A stretch of 25,738 nt of DNA. It comes from Clostridia bacterium (GTDB lineage Bacteria; Bacillota; Clostridia; Christensenellales; Aristaeellaceae). The DNA lies in the NCBI GenBank assembly GCA_017544935.1, contig JAFYDF010000026.1:1-25738 (forward strand). The letters run 5' to 3'. The position numbers and the translations under genes were made by a program. Positions 1-7,159 of this stretch are shown in pieces (within the stretch, counting starts at the first letter, position 1; the number at the start of each line of letters is the position of its first letter). The notes under the pieces were generated by a model. That model was not told where the DNA came from. It did no database searches and saw only the letters and a program-made list of their open reading frames with translations.

Positions 1-1
1 C

Positions 2-610
2 ATCAATGATGCTCCGGCCTTGACAAGAGCAGATATCGGCATTGCGATTGGCGCTGGAACTGACGTCGCAATTGACGCAGCTGACGTTGTGCTGATGCAT
101 AGCAAGCTAAGTGATGTACCTGCTGCAATCCGGCTCAGCCGCGCTACGTTGCGAAATATTCATGAGAATCTCTTTTGGGCTTTCATTTATAATGTGATTG
201 GCATACCGCTTGCAGCCGGCGTGTTCATCCCACTTTTCGGCTGGACGCTGAACCCGATGTTCGGTGCTGCGGCTATGAGCCTGTCCAGCTTCTGCGTCGT
301 GTCGAACGCACTGCGCCTGAACCTCTTCCGCGTGCATGATGCCAGCCATGACCGTCCGATCAAACACAGTAAGAGCATTCCTGAACAGCATTCATTTGAA
401 TACCGGCTCAGGATTGAAGGCATGATGTGCCCGCACTGTGAGGCGACAGTCAGCAAGGCACTTGAGGCAATCGACGGTGTTGTATCTGCACAGGCCGATC
501 ATGAGCAGGGGATAGCCTCTGTACAGGCGAGCCGTCCGGTAGACCCGCAGCTGCTGCGGGAAGCGGTCGAACATGAGGATTATTCTGTAATTGATATTAT
601 TGTAATCTAG
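2..610 (+). CDS. copA: Copper-type P1B heavy-metal translocating P-type ATPase, C-terminal part (5' end lies outside the window), with an additional C-terminal HMA metal-binding domain
   Basis: The frame is open from the window edge. The translation begins [32 protein letters not shown], the P-type ATPase hinge motif. Two terminal TM helices follow ([20 protein letters not shown] and [18 protein letters not shown]), typical of CopA-like pumps. After them comes a ferredoxin-like HMA segment, [27 protein letters not shown], with its CxxC at 428-439. TAG stop at 608-610. Confidence 0.88.
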   Translation: MNDAPALTRADIGIAIGAGTDVAIDAADVVLMHSKLSDVPAAIRLSRATLRNIHENLFWAFIYNVIGIPLAAGVFIPLFGWTLNPMFGAAAMSLSSFCVVSNALRLNLFRVHDASHDRPIKHSKSIPEQHSFEYRLRIEGMMCPHCEATVSKALEAIDGVVSAQADHEQGIASVQASRPVDPQLLREAVEHEDYSVIDIIVI

Positions 611-672
611 GAAAGGAACATCTTTAAAAGCAGAATCTCACAATATCGAGTGTATAGTTTACAGGCCCTTAA

Positions 673-955
673 GATTGGACAATAAGGGTGATTAATCGGT
701 TATCAGAGAAGTTATCTGATAAGGAGAAACAGACATTTGAATTGCTGTCAGACGACCCAGGATATACATCGCTACAGATTGCAGAACAAATGAAGGTAAG
801 CCGCATATTAGTAACCAATTATCTGAAAACAATGAAGGAGAAATGGGATAATTGAACGAGTCGGTTCTGACAGAAAAGGCTACTGGAAAGATCACCTCAA
901 AGGGACAATAATTGACAACGTTTTGACATTATCTCATCATATTCCCCATTTTTAG
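673..955 (+). pseudogene. 3' remnant of a winged-helix/HTH regulator-like gene, frameshifted and lacking a start codon
   Basis: There is no ATG or RBS. The frame opens after TAA 670-672 and reads ..INRLSEKLSDKEKQTFELLSDDPGYTSLQIAEQMKVSRILVTNYLKTMKEK, then stops at 853-855. The +1 frame continues IERVGSDRKGYWK.. to TAG 953-955. Removing the single T at 844 restores KEKGIIERVGSDRKGYWK. From memory this resembles the C-terminal wHTH tail of RecG-like/AlbA_2-type putative regulators. The minus-strand track ORF 692-895 is its antisense shadow. Confidence 0.4.
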
Positions 956-1153
956 GCTAATCAGAATACCTGAGATATTATTGCAGACAAAGAAACAGAT
1001 CAAATATTGTTTAGCAAAACCATTTGATGAGCCGAGCTTTGACAAATGAATTGATAAACTTTTAAGGACCTCTGTTATAAACCTAGACGCACTTGTTTAC
1101 CCTAAAAACGCTGAGAAGTGCGCCTTGTTGATTTGGGCTTATTGCATTTCATA

Positions 1154-2256
1154 CTAAACATCAACTAAAGCATTGAATAATCCAATCCCGACCGGTTATG
1201 CTTTGAACCATTTCTTCAGTCAGGTTGCAGATCGTCTCACATAGTCGGTCTACAACATCCGCAAGCGTATTGAATACTTCGTTCTTGAACCCCATGGATC
1301 GGATCTACTCCCAGATCTGCTCTATGGGGTTCATTTCAGGTGTGTACGGCGGAATAGAAAGAAGCTGGATGTTTTCCGGAATGACCAGTATCTTTGATCT
1401 GTGCCAGGCAGCACCGTCACAGACGAGCAAAATGAAATCATCCGGGTATTGCTTTGACAGCTGATCCAGAAACACATTGGTGCAATTCGTGTTACAGAAC
1501 GGCATGGTGAGAAAGAAGTTCTTTCCATTTAAGGGTTCAACAGCACCAAATGCATAACGGAATTCCCGGATATGATGGCACGGTACGGAAGGACGAAATC
1601 CTTTAGGGAACCAGCAGGGCTTTGGTTTATTGATCCGGCCGAATCCTGCCTCATCTTCGAACATCAGATGGACTGTTCTTTTTGGCTCGCGGTTTCGGGC
1701 TTCCACGACTGAAGCTTTAATTTTTTTGAGGCCTCGCAGGCCTCCTCGCTTGCCGCCTTCGGATGCTTTGAACGCGGCATTTTCTTGCTCCATCCATGCC
1801 GTTTCAGTACTCGATATACATAGGAAGTACCCGTGTCTTTCCCGCACGCTTCATCCAACGCAGCTTTGATCTCTTTCGCTGTTATCTGCTGTCCGCTCTT
1901 GGCTTTGAATGCATTCAGGATCTCTTCTTCCTTCTCCCAGCTCAGCAGCCAATGATGCGAAGTGTACTTGTTTTTGGCGTATTCTTCCAGCCCTTCCTTG
2001 CGATACCGACGGCACATCCCGTTTACGCTGATCGGATGAAGATCCATCATTTCTCCGATTTCATTCAGCGATTTCCCGTCATGCTACAGCATCAGCACAC
2101 GTAGCCGGCAACTTATATTCTTATCCTTTGTCTTCGCTTCTTTTGCCTTGATTGCTTCATACTCAGCATCTGTTATCTGAAAACGTTTCATCTTCATCAC
2201 CCGTTTCCAGTATTACATATTACTACTATTAATTCAAGTCTTTAGACGCTGGTTAG
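1154..2256 (-). mobile_element. IS630-family insertion sequence (1103 bp) with imperfect terminal inverted repeats and a TA target duplication
   Basis: IRL 1154-1180 is CTAAACATCAACTAAAGCATTGAATAA. The reverse complement of 2230-2256 is CTAACCAGCGTCTAAAGACTTGAATTA, matching 20 of 27 positions. The element is flanked by TA at 1152-1153 and 2257-2258, as expected for IS630/Tc1-mariner elements. It encloses a DDE_3-type transposase whose stop codon lies inside IRL. Confidence 0.75.
1161..2197 (-). pseudogene. IS630-family DDE transposase, interrupted by two in-frame TAG codons plus an ORFA/ORFB -1 frame change at an A7 run
   Basis: ATG at 2197. The N-terminal HTH part reads MKMKRFQITDAEYEAIKAKEAKTKDKNISCRLRVLML, then TAG at 2084-2086, then HDGKSLNEIGEMMDLHPISVNGMCRRYRKEGL.. 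The catalytic part has D in MFEDEAGF, D in LLVCDGAAWH and E in PYTPEMNPIEQIW. A second TAG at 1305-1307 is followed by 47 further protein-like codons (IRSMGFKNEVFNTLADVVDRLCETICNLTEEMVQSITGRDWIIQCFS) ending at TGA 1161-1163. The frame switch is at A7, 1721-1727. Confidence 0.8.
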
Positions 2257-2263
2257 TATCAGC

Positions 2264-3352
2264 TTATTCAACAAGAGATGTTTTTTTTACTCTCATCAGT
2301 TTAATAATGATTTGCTCTGTTTCTTGTTTTCCCAGATCCCTAAGATCAAAACAATAGAGGTCCGCCTTTGTTGATGATTCTAAGGTTTGTAAGACAAGAT
2401 ATAAATGATTATTACATATAGCTATTTCTGATTCATCTAGAATATGCTCTTTTAGCTTTAATTGCAAAAAATTACTCCATTGTTTTTTATATATATCATA
2501 ACCATAAAGACATCCTTCCCATATACTGTAAAGAACTCCATTTTGATAAAATAAAGAGCTTTGTATTTTTGCACATTCATATGGATAAATATATTCTTTA
2601 GTAACTACGTAATTATCTTGGATGCAATAGTGACAGACATTGGTGCTGTCTGAAATAAAAATATCGTTTCCAATCTTTATGAGATTGAGCCCCCAGCGGT
2701 ATCCTATATCATATTCGGACAAATATGTTTTATCTTCGCCATCAAACACCAACCAATCATTACCATCGTTAATGAGCAAAGCTGTATCGAATTGTCGACA
2801 TATTTTTACAGAAGCATGGATTATTTGTTTTATAGGAGGACCATAATAATTCAAGTCGCCCAAACACAATAATTCACCTGATTTGAAAAAATATAGTTTA
2901 TTCTGAAAAACGCAATAACTATCACGAATCAAAGTATCTGTGTGATCATAAGCTCGAGCGAAACTTAAAAGTTTTCTTTCGCTTTTATTAAGGAGGTTAT
3001 ACTCTATAAATGTTTGATTCTTATCCATTACTTTTTTGGGTTGCCAATCGATAGCGGCTTCAACTATACAATGCGTTTCACTTAATGAAACTATTGATCC
3101 ATATCCACCAGATATTGTTGCTATTTTTTCTGACATTTCTGAATTAACTTTATATAATGTCATTCTTTCAAACCCTGGGAAAAGGAAATTTCTAGCAACA
3201 ACAAGCATATACTGGTTTTCGTATACCGTTAAGCATCGTTGTATGTCTATACTTTTTCCAGAGAATACTTCTGCTTTGACAATGGAATGAAATATAAAAA
3301 CATGTGCTATTATTACTAAAGCACCTATGCACACTAAAAGAGCATGCTTCAT
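2264..3352 (-). CDS. Hypothetical membrane-anchored/exported protein of unknown family, possibly a beta-propeller (Kelch-like repeats); strongly AT-rich gene
   Basis: Long ORF. The preferred start is ATG 3352 (MKHALLVCIGALVIIAHVFIF, an N-terminal hydrophobic anchor or signal), preceded by GGAAAGGAG at a 7-nt spacing. The TTG at 3370 in the ORF track sits inside that RBS. Recurrent beta-strand-like motifs are present (NKLYFFKSGELLCL, NDIFISDSTNV, NGVLYSIWEGCLYGYDIYKKQWS, NHLYLVLQ, DLYCFDL). Hand counts of 60-nt lines give about 23-35% G+C, against about 53% in the neighbouring gene. Confidence 0.7.
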   Translation of the reverse strand: MKHALLVCIGALVIIAHVFIFHSIVKAEVFSGKSIDIQRCLTVYENQYMLVVARNFLFPGFERMTLYKVNSEMSEKIATISGGYGSIVSLSETHCIVEAAIDWQPKKVMDKNQTFIEYNLLNKSERKLLSFARAYDHTDTLIRDSYCVFQNKLYFFKSGELLCLGDLNYYGPPIKQIIHASVKICRQFDTALLINDGNDWLVFDGEDKTYLSEYDIGYRWGLNLIKIGNDIFISDSTNVCHYCIQDNYVVTKEYIYPYECAKIQSSLFYQNGVLYSIWEGCLYGYDIYKKQWSNFLQLKLKEHILDESEIAICNNHLYLVLQTLESSTKADLYCFDLRDLGKQETEQIIIKLMRVKKTSLVE

Positions 3353-3548
3353 TTTAAAACTCCTTTCCAAAGGACGCCAGTAAAGGATGAATTGCTTTGG
3401 GAAGCACTAATTTGCACATTTTATAATGCATAATCATAAAACTGAAGCTATCAATACTCTGCCCTAACATATCAAGAGATGTCTGAGCACAGTTTTCTAT
3501 CGACGCAGAGTACCTTTGAATTAAAAAAAACAGCTTTCTGTGCTTATG

Positions 3549-4478
3549 TTATGTAAAACGTTTCCGTGCTTCAACATCATAAAACAGATCGTCACTGAGC
3601 AGGTATTCTCCCAGCGTATAGGAGAAGCGCAGCAGGTCGCCCTGGATACGCAGCGGGAATACGGCAGTCAGGTTCTGAGTTTCAAAAGCAAAATCGTTTT
3701 CATAGCCGATATCGCGCAGCGCCTTCACGGTCTGCGGCCAGTTGATTGTACCCATGAAAGGAGCTACATGCTCGTCTCTGCCGACGGCACTGTTGTCATT
3801 GATATGTGTAGCCTTCAAACGGTTCCCGAGCTTTAACACACAGTCAGCAGGGGAAAGCCCCGAAACATGTGCATGACCGGTATCCAGGCAGGCACCAACA
3901 TTAGGACGATCCAGCGCGTCAACCAGTGCGTTTAGCGTATCGATATCGGAAAAGAATGAAGGAATCCTACCCAAAGAAGGCATGTTTTCTATTGCCATAC
4001 CGATACCATGGTCGGCATAAAAAGCGGCCCAGCGGGAGAAGTAAGCTAAATTTGCTTCAAATATGGCTTCCTTAGTCAGAGGAGTTCCATTCTGTAAATA
4101 AGTGCTGGGATGAACAACCAGCCATTCAATTCCAAGAATCTGCGCAGCTAGCACACTGCGGCGCATCAGCTCTTCACCGTCTTCACCACCGGGTACCCCG
4201 CCTTTTTCAACTGGTCCGTTTACCGACCAGTAAGCATGGCCCTGACGAAACTGCACACCGATATCGTCTGCCAGACGCCGCCAGTCTTTCACATGCTGTT
4301 CCCAGTTGTCCTCAGTCATGGGTGCAAAACGTTTACCACGGCGGCTGCAGCCACACAGGTTTGCGTCCAGATAACGGTAACCCGCAGCAGCAAGCGCGCT
4401 GATGGCGTGCGGCATGGATACCATATACGGAAGCCGGGCATCAAAGTTCATCAGGTTAGTGGATGTTGAAAGGCGCAT
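3549..4478 (-). CDS. Sugar phosphate isomerase/epimerase family protein (xylose-isomerase-like TIM barrel, AP_endonuc_2 fold)
   Basis: Roughly 309-aa ORF. GGAGG at 4486-4490 (minus strand) sits 7 nt from ATG 4478; the ATG at 4484 is too close to it. The sequence resembles this family by eye: ISALAAAGYRYLD.., HAYWSV.., IEWLVVHP, GMAIENMP, ACLDTGHAHV, ATHINDN. Confidence 0.8.
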   Translation of the reverse strand: MRLSTSTNLMNFDARLPYMVSMPHAISALAAAGYRYLDANLCGCSRRGKRFAPMTEDNWEQHVKDWRRLADDIGVQFRQGHAYWSVNGPVEKGGVPGGEDGEELMRRSVLAAQILGIEWLVVHPSTYLQNGTPLTKEAIFEANLAYFSRWAAFYADHGIGMAIENMPSLGRIPSFFSDIDTLNALVDALDRPNVGACLDTGHAHVSGLSPADCVLKLGNRLKATHINDNSAVGRDEHVAPFMGTINWPQTVKALRDIGYENDFAFETQNLTAVFPLRIQGDLLRFSYTLGEYLLSDDLFYDVEARKRFT

Positions 4479-4536
4479 GTTCATTCCTCCTTATCACGCA
4501 TGGCATCAGGCCATGCTGGTGGATTATTTTATCGGT

Positions 4537-5538
4537 TTAATACCGGCGGCTGCCCGTCTGACGCTCATTGCAGACATCATAGAGCTCGAGCGGATGCTGC
4601 CTGAGATACCGCTGCCGCCAATGCCATTTCATATCACGGAGACTATACCAGCGTGTATTGCCTGTATCGCCGTAGTTTTCAGCCAGTGTCCGAACGGAAG
4701 GAAAAGCACTGTAATAAGTATCATCAAGAGATTCTGCTTCTGCGATCAGGACTGAGGGATCCTCTGTTTCATAGCGGCGGATGTTCTCCGATGTCAGCGA
4801 GAGCAGCAGTGAGCGGTGTGTTTCTTCCGTCAGTTCATCGCTCTGTAGCCATGCGATCTCTGAACGGTAGACGCTGGAATTCATCCGTGAACGTACCGGA
4901 TCCGGCAGACGGTCGTAGTCATCCTGAGAAAAACGTATGGGTTCCAGCACGGTCCCGCGGCCTTCGGAATGCGGGACAAAGTAGCGGATATTCTGCATGC
5001 CGGTATCCTGCAGTATGGACAAGAGTGCTTCAGCTTGGGCTGTATTTTCATGCGAAAGGGGGATGCCGGCACTGACCATAAGCCCGTTTCCGAGTGCTGC
5101 CTTGACAGTCCTGAGCATCAGGTCGAAATCACCTTTGCGCGCAGCAAAAGCGTCATGGTATTCAGGCAGACCATAGAAAGTGAAATTAAGATGCTCTACA
5201 CTGTGCTCTGCCAAGAGAGCGGTTAGCGAAGCGAGCTGACTATCGTCCCGCGTGCGCATGCCGTCCATTTGCAGATAGTGTGCGCTTACGGAATCAATAC
5301 TCTTAAGAAAGTCCAGCACGTGGGCTATGTCTGGATGCTCCATGGAAAAACCATATGAAAAATGAAAACTGATCTCCGGACGCAGTTCCTTAAGCCATTG
5401 GAACCAACGCAGGGCTACACATTCAGAACGTGCATAGTCTGCGCCGATCGGACGGCCATCCCAGCTGAGCAAGCAGTAGCGGCAGTGGCATGCACACGGG
5501 ACACAGAGCGTTTGCATGATGATACTATTTGTTTGCAT
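4537..5538 (-). CDS. Radical SAM domain protein of unassigned subfamily, with an N-terminal five-Cys cluster
   Basis: The N-terminus MQTNSIIMQTLCVPCACHCRYCLL contains the canonical CX3CX2C (C15, C19, C22) plus two extra Cys (C12, C17). The ORF is 333 aa with a GAGGAA RBS before ATG 5538. There is no Cys-rich SPASM/twitch-like C-terminal region; only two further Cys occur in the whole protein. Confidence 0.72.
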   Translation of the reverse strand: MQTNSIIMQTLCVPCACHCRYCLLSWDGRPIGADYARSECVALRWFQWLKELRPEISFHFSYGFSMEHPDIAHVLDFLKSIDSVSAHYLQMDGMRTRDDSQLASLTALLAEHSVEHLNFTFYGLPEYHDAFAARKGDFDLMLRTVKAALGNGLMVSAGIPLSHENTAQAEALLSILQDTGMQNIRYFVPHSEGRGTVLEPIRFSQDDYDRLPDPVRSRMNSSVYRSEIAWLQSDELTEETHRSLLLSLTSENIRRYETEDPSVLIAEAESLDDTYYSAFPSVRTLAENYGDTGNTRWYSLRDMKWHWRQRYLRQHPLELYDVCNERQTGSRRY

Positions 5539-5549
5539 AGTTTCCTCGC

Positions 5550-5585
5550 AAAAAGAAGGGGGAGAGCTGCGATGAGCATCTCCCC
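5550..5585 (-). terminator. Rho-independent terminator downstream of glpK
   Basis: On the minus strand: GGGGAGA (5585-5579), a 13-nt loop, TCTCCCC (5565-5559), then CTTCTTTTT (5558-5550). It begins 16 nt after the glpK stop and ends 11 nt before the radical-SAM ATG. Confidence 0.55.
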
Positions 5586-5600
5586 ATAATATGCATGCTG

Positions 5601-7097
5601 TTATTCGTCCTTGGCCCAGAATAGGACAGCTTTAACTGCGCGCTCCCATCCGTGCAGCAACTGTGCGCGGCGGTCGGCATCCATAGCGGGCACGAACTTC
5701 TTTTCAACATGCCATCCAGCAGCGGTTGAAGGCAGGTCAGGGTAGACGCCCACAGCTAGACCGGCCAGCAGTGCAGCGCCGAGTGCTGTCGTTTCCAGTA
5801 CGGCAGGACGCTGGATCGCAACACCTGCGATATCAGACTGGAACTGCATCAGGTAATCATTAGCGGTAGCGCCGCCATCTACACGCAGCGTGGCTGGTTT
5901 TTCACCGATATCCTGGGCCATGGCTTCAAACAGATCACGGCTTTGGTAAGCAATGCTTTCAAGACCGGCACGCACGATCTGCGCACGCCCGGTGCCACGG
6001 GTCATGCCGAACAGTGTGCCGCGTGCATACATGCTCCAGTGCGGAGCACCCATACCTGTAAAGGCGGGAACCAGATAAACACCGTCACTGTCGGGAATGG
6101 AAGTGGCGATGGCTTCACTTTCTTTAGCCTGCTTTACAAACTTCATTTCGTCACGCAGCCATTGGATTGTAGCACCGCCCATGAATACACTGCCTTCCAG
6201 CGCATAAGTGGGCTTGCCGTTAAGCCGCCATGCCATGGTGGTCAGCAGACCATGATCGGAAAGACGGAACTCATTGCCTGCATTCATCAGCATGAAGCAG
6301 CCTGTGCCATACGTGTTCTTGGCCATGCCCTTTTCGAAGCAGGCCTGGCCGAACAGGGACGCATGCTGGTCGCCTGCCATGGCAGCAACGGGGATCGGAC
6401 AGCCGAGGATACTGTCGTCCAGCATACCGATGATCTCGGCGTTGTCGATCACGCGCGGAAGCAGCGCACGGGGGATATCCATGAGCTTCAGCAGCTCGTC
6501 ATCCCATTCCTGCGTATGCAGGTTGAACAGCATGGTGCGTCCTGCATTGGTGGCATCGGTGACATGCGGATGTCCCTTGACAAGGTTCCAGGCCAGAAAG
6601 CAATCGATGGTACCGAAGCACAGCTCGCCCTTTTCGGCACGGTCACGGACATTCAGTGCATCCAGCAGCCACTGCAGTTTGGTGCCGCTGAAATAGGCAT
6701 CGGGCACCAGACCGGTCTTTTCACGGATAAGGTCGCCATAGCCGGCTTTTACCAGCTTTTCAACATAGGGAGCGGTACGGCGGCACTGCCATACGATGGC
6801 ATTATAGAGCCATTTGCCGGTGCTGCGCTCCCAAAGCAGCGTTGTCTCGCGCTGGTTAGTGATACCGATGGCAGCAATCTCGTTGGGGTCGATACCGGCG
6901 GTACGTACGGCAGCACGCAGGGATTCGATCTGGGTGGAAAGAATGTCGCCTGGATTATGCTCGACCCAGCCGGGATTCGGGTAATACTGTTTGAATTCCT
7001 GCGCGGCGGATGCCACAACGTGGCCTTCCACAGTAAAGATCACCGCACGGGAGGAGGTAGTACCCTGGTCGAGCGCAACGAGATAACGCTTGTTCAT
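5601..7097 (-). CDS. glpK: Glycerol kinase
   Basis: 498 aa. MNKRYLVALDQGTTSSRAVIF.., ITNQRETTLLWER, GTKLQWLLD, FGTIDCFLAWNL, GDQHASLFGQ and GGATANDYLMQFQSDI are hallmark FGGY/GlpK motifs. AAAGGAG RBS upstream. Confidence 0.97.
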   Translation of the reverse strand: MNKRYLVALDQGTTSSRAVIFTVEGHVVASAAQEFKQYYPNPGWVEHNPGDILSTQIESLRAAVRTAGIDPNEIAAIGITNQRETTLLWERSTGKWLYNAIVWQCRRTAPYVEKLVKAGYGDLIREKTGLVPDAYFSGTKLQWLLDALNVRDRAEKGELCFGTIDCFLAWNLVKGHPHVTDATNAGRTMLFNLHTQEWDDELLKLMDIPRALLPRVIDNAEIIGMLDDSILGCPIPVAAMAGDQHASLFGQACFEKGMAKNTYGTGCFMLMNAGNEFRLSDHGLLTTMAWRLNGKPTYALEGSVFMGGATIQWLRDEMKFVKQAKESEAIATSIPDSDGVYLVPAFTGMGAPHWSMYARGTLFGMTRGTGRAQIVRAGLESIAYQSRDLFEAMAQDIGEKPATLRVDGGATANDYLMQFQSDIAGVAIQRPAVLETTALGAALLAGLAVGVYPDLPSTAAGWHVEKKFVPAMDADRRAQLLHGWERAVKAVLFWAKDE

Positions 7098-7125
7098 AAT
7101 GATCTTCTCCTTTTGCTTTATAGAA

Positions 7126-7151
7126 GAAGGCGCGTGAGAACCAGCGCCTTC
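7126..7151 (-). terminator. Hairpin between the 904-aa surface-protein gene and glpK (possible terminator or attenuator)
   Basis: 8-bp stem GAAGGCGC (7126-7133) pairing with GCGCCTTC (7144-7151), with a 10-nt loop. On the minus strand it is followed by TTCTTCTAT, a weak U-tract. It fills most of the 62-nt gap. Confidence 0.35.
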
Positions 7152-7159
7152 AAAAAACC

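Noticed and set aside
692-895. A 67-aa minus-strand ORF from the track
   Set aside because: It has no RBS, and the plus strand here encodes a recognisable, though broken, wHTH domain. The minus ORF is its antisense shadow.
1305-2086. Genome-wide TAG reassignment (or pyrrolysine) as the explanation for the two in-frame amber codons
   Set aside because: copA in the same window ends with TAG, an RF1 gene is present, and no pyl genes are visible. Simple pseudogenisation is more parsimonious. The observation is kept only as a low-prior alternative in the finding.
1225-2104. Plus-strand ORFs at 1225-1464, 1630-1869 and 1796-2104
   Set aside because: All three are antisense to the IS630 transposase, whose minus-strand translation carries clear HTH and DDE motifs.
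1084-2249. The 7-bp direct repeat TAGACGC (1084-1090 and 2243-2249) as possible IS target-site duplication
   Set aside because: A 7-mer match between two windows of about 100 nt each is expected by chance. The right copy lies inside the better-supported 27-bp inverted repeat, whose TA-flanked ends (1154 and 2256) fit IS630 biology.
3354-3470. A 38-codon minus-strand ORF (MLGQSIDSFSFMIMHYKMCKLVLPKAIHPLLASFGKEF) ending 1 nt before the orphan gene's ATG
   Set aside because: There is no Shine-Dalgarno sequence before its ATG, it is AT-rich sequence expected to be low in stop codons in some frames, and it has no recognisable features. It cannot be supported as a gene.
3523-3541. A T8 tract on the minus strand just after the TIM-barrel gene stop, as a terminator
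   Set aside because: The preceding stem is only 4 bp (ACAG/CTGT). That is too weak to call an intrinsic terminator from sequence alone.
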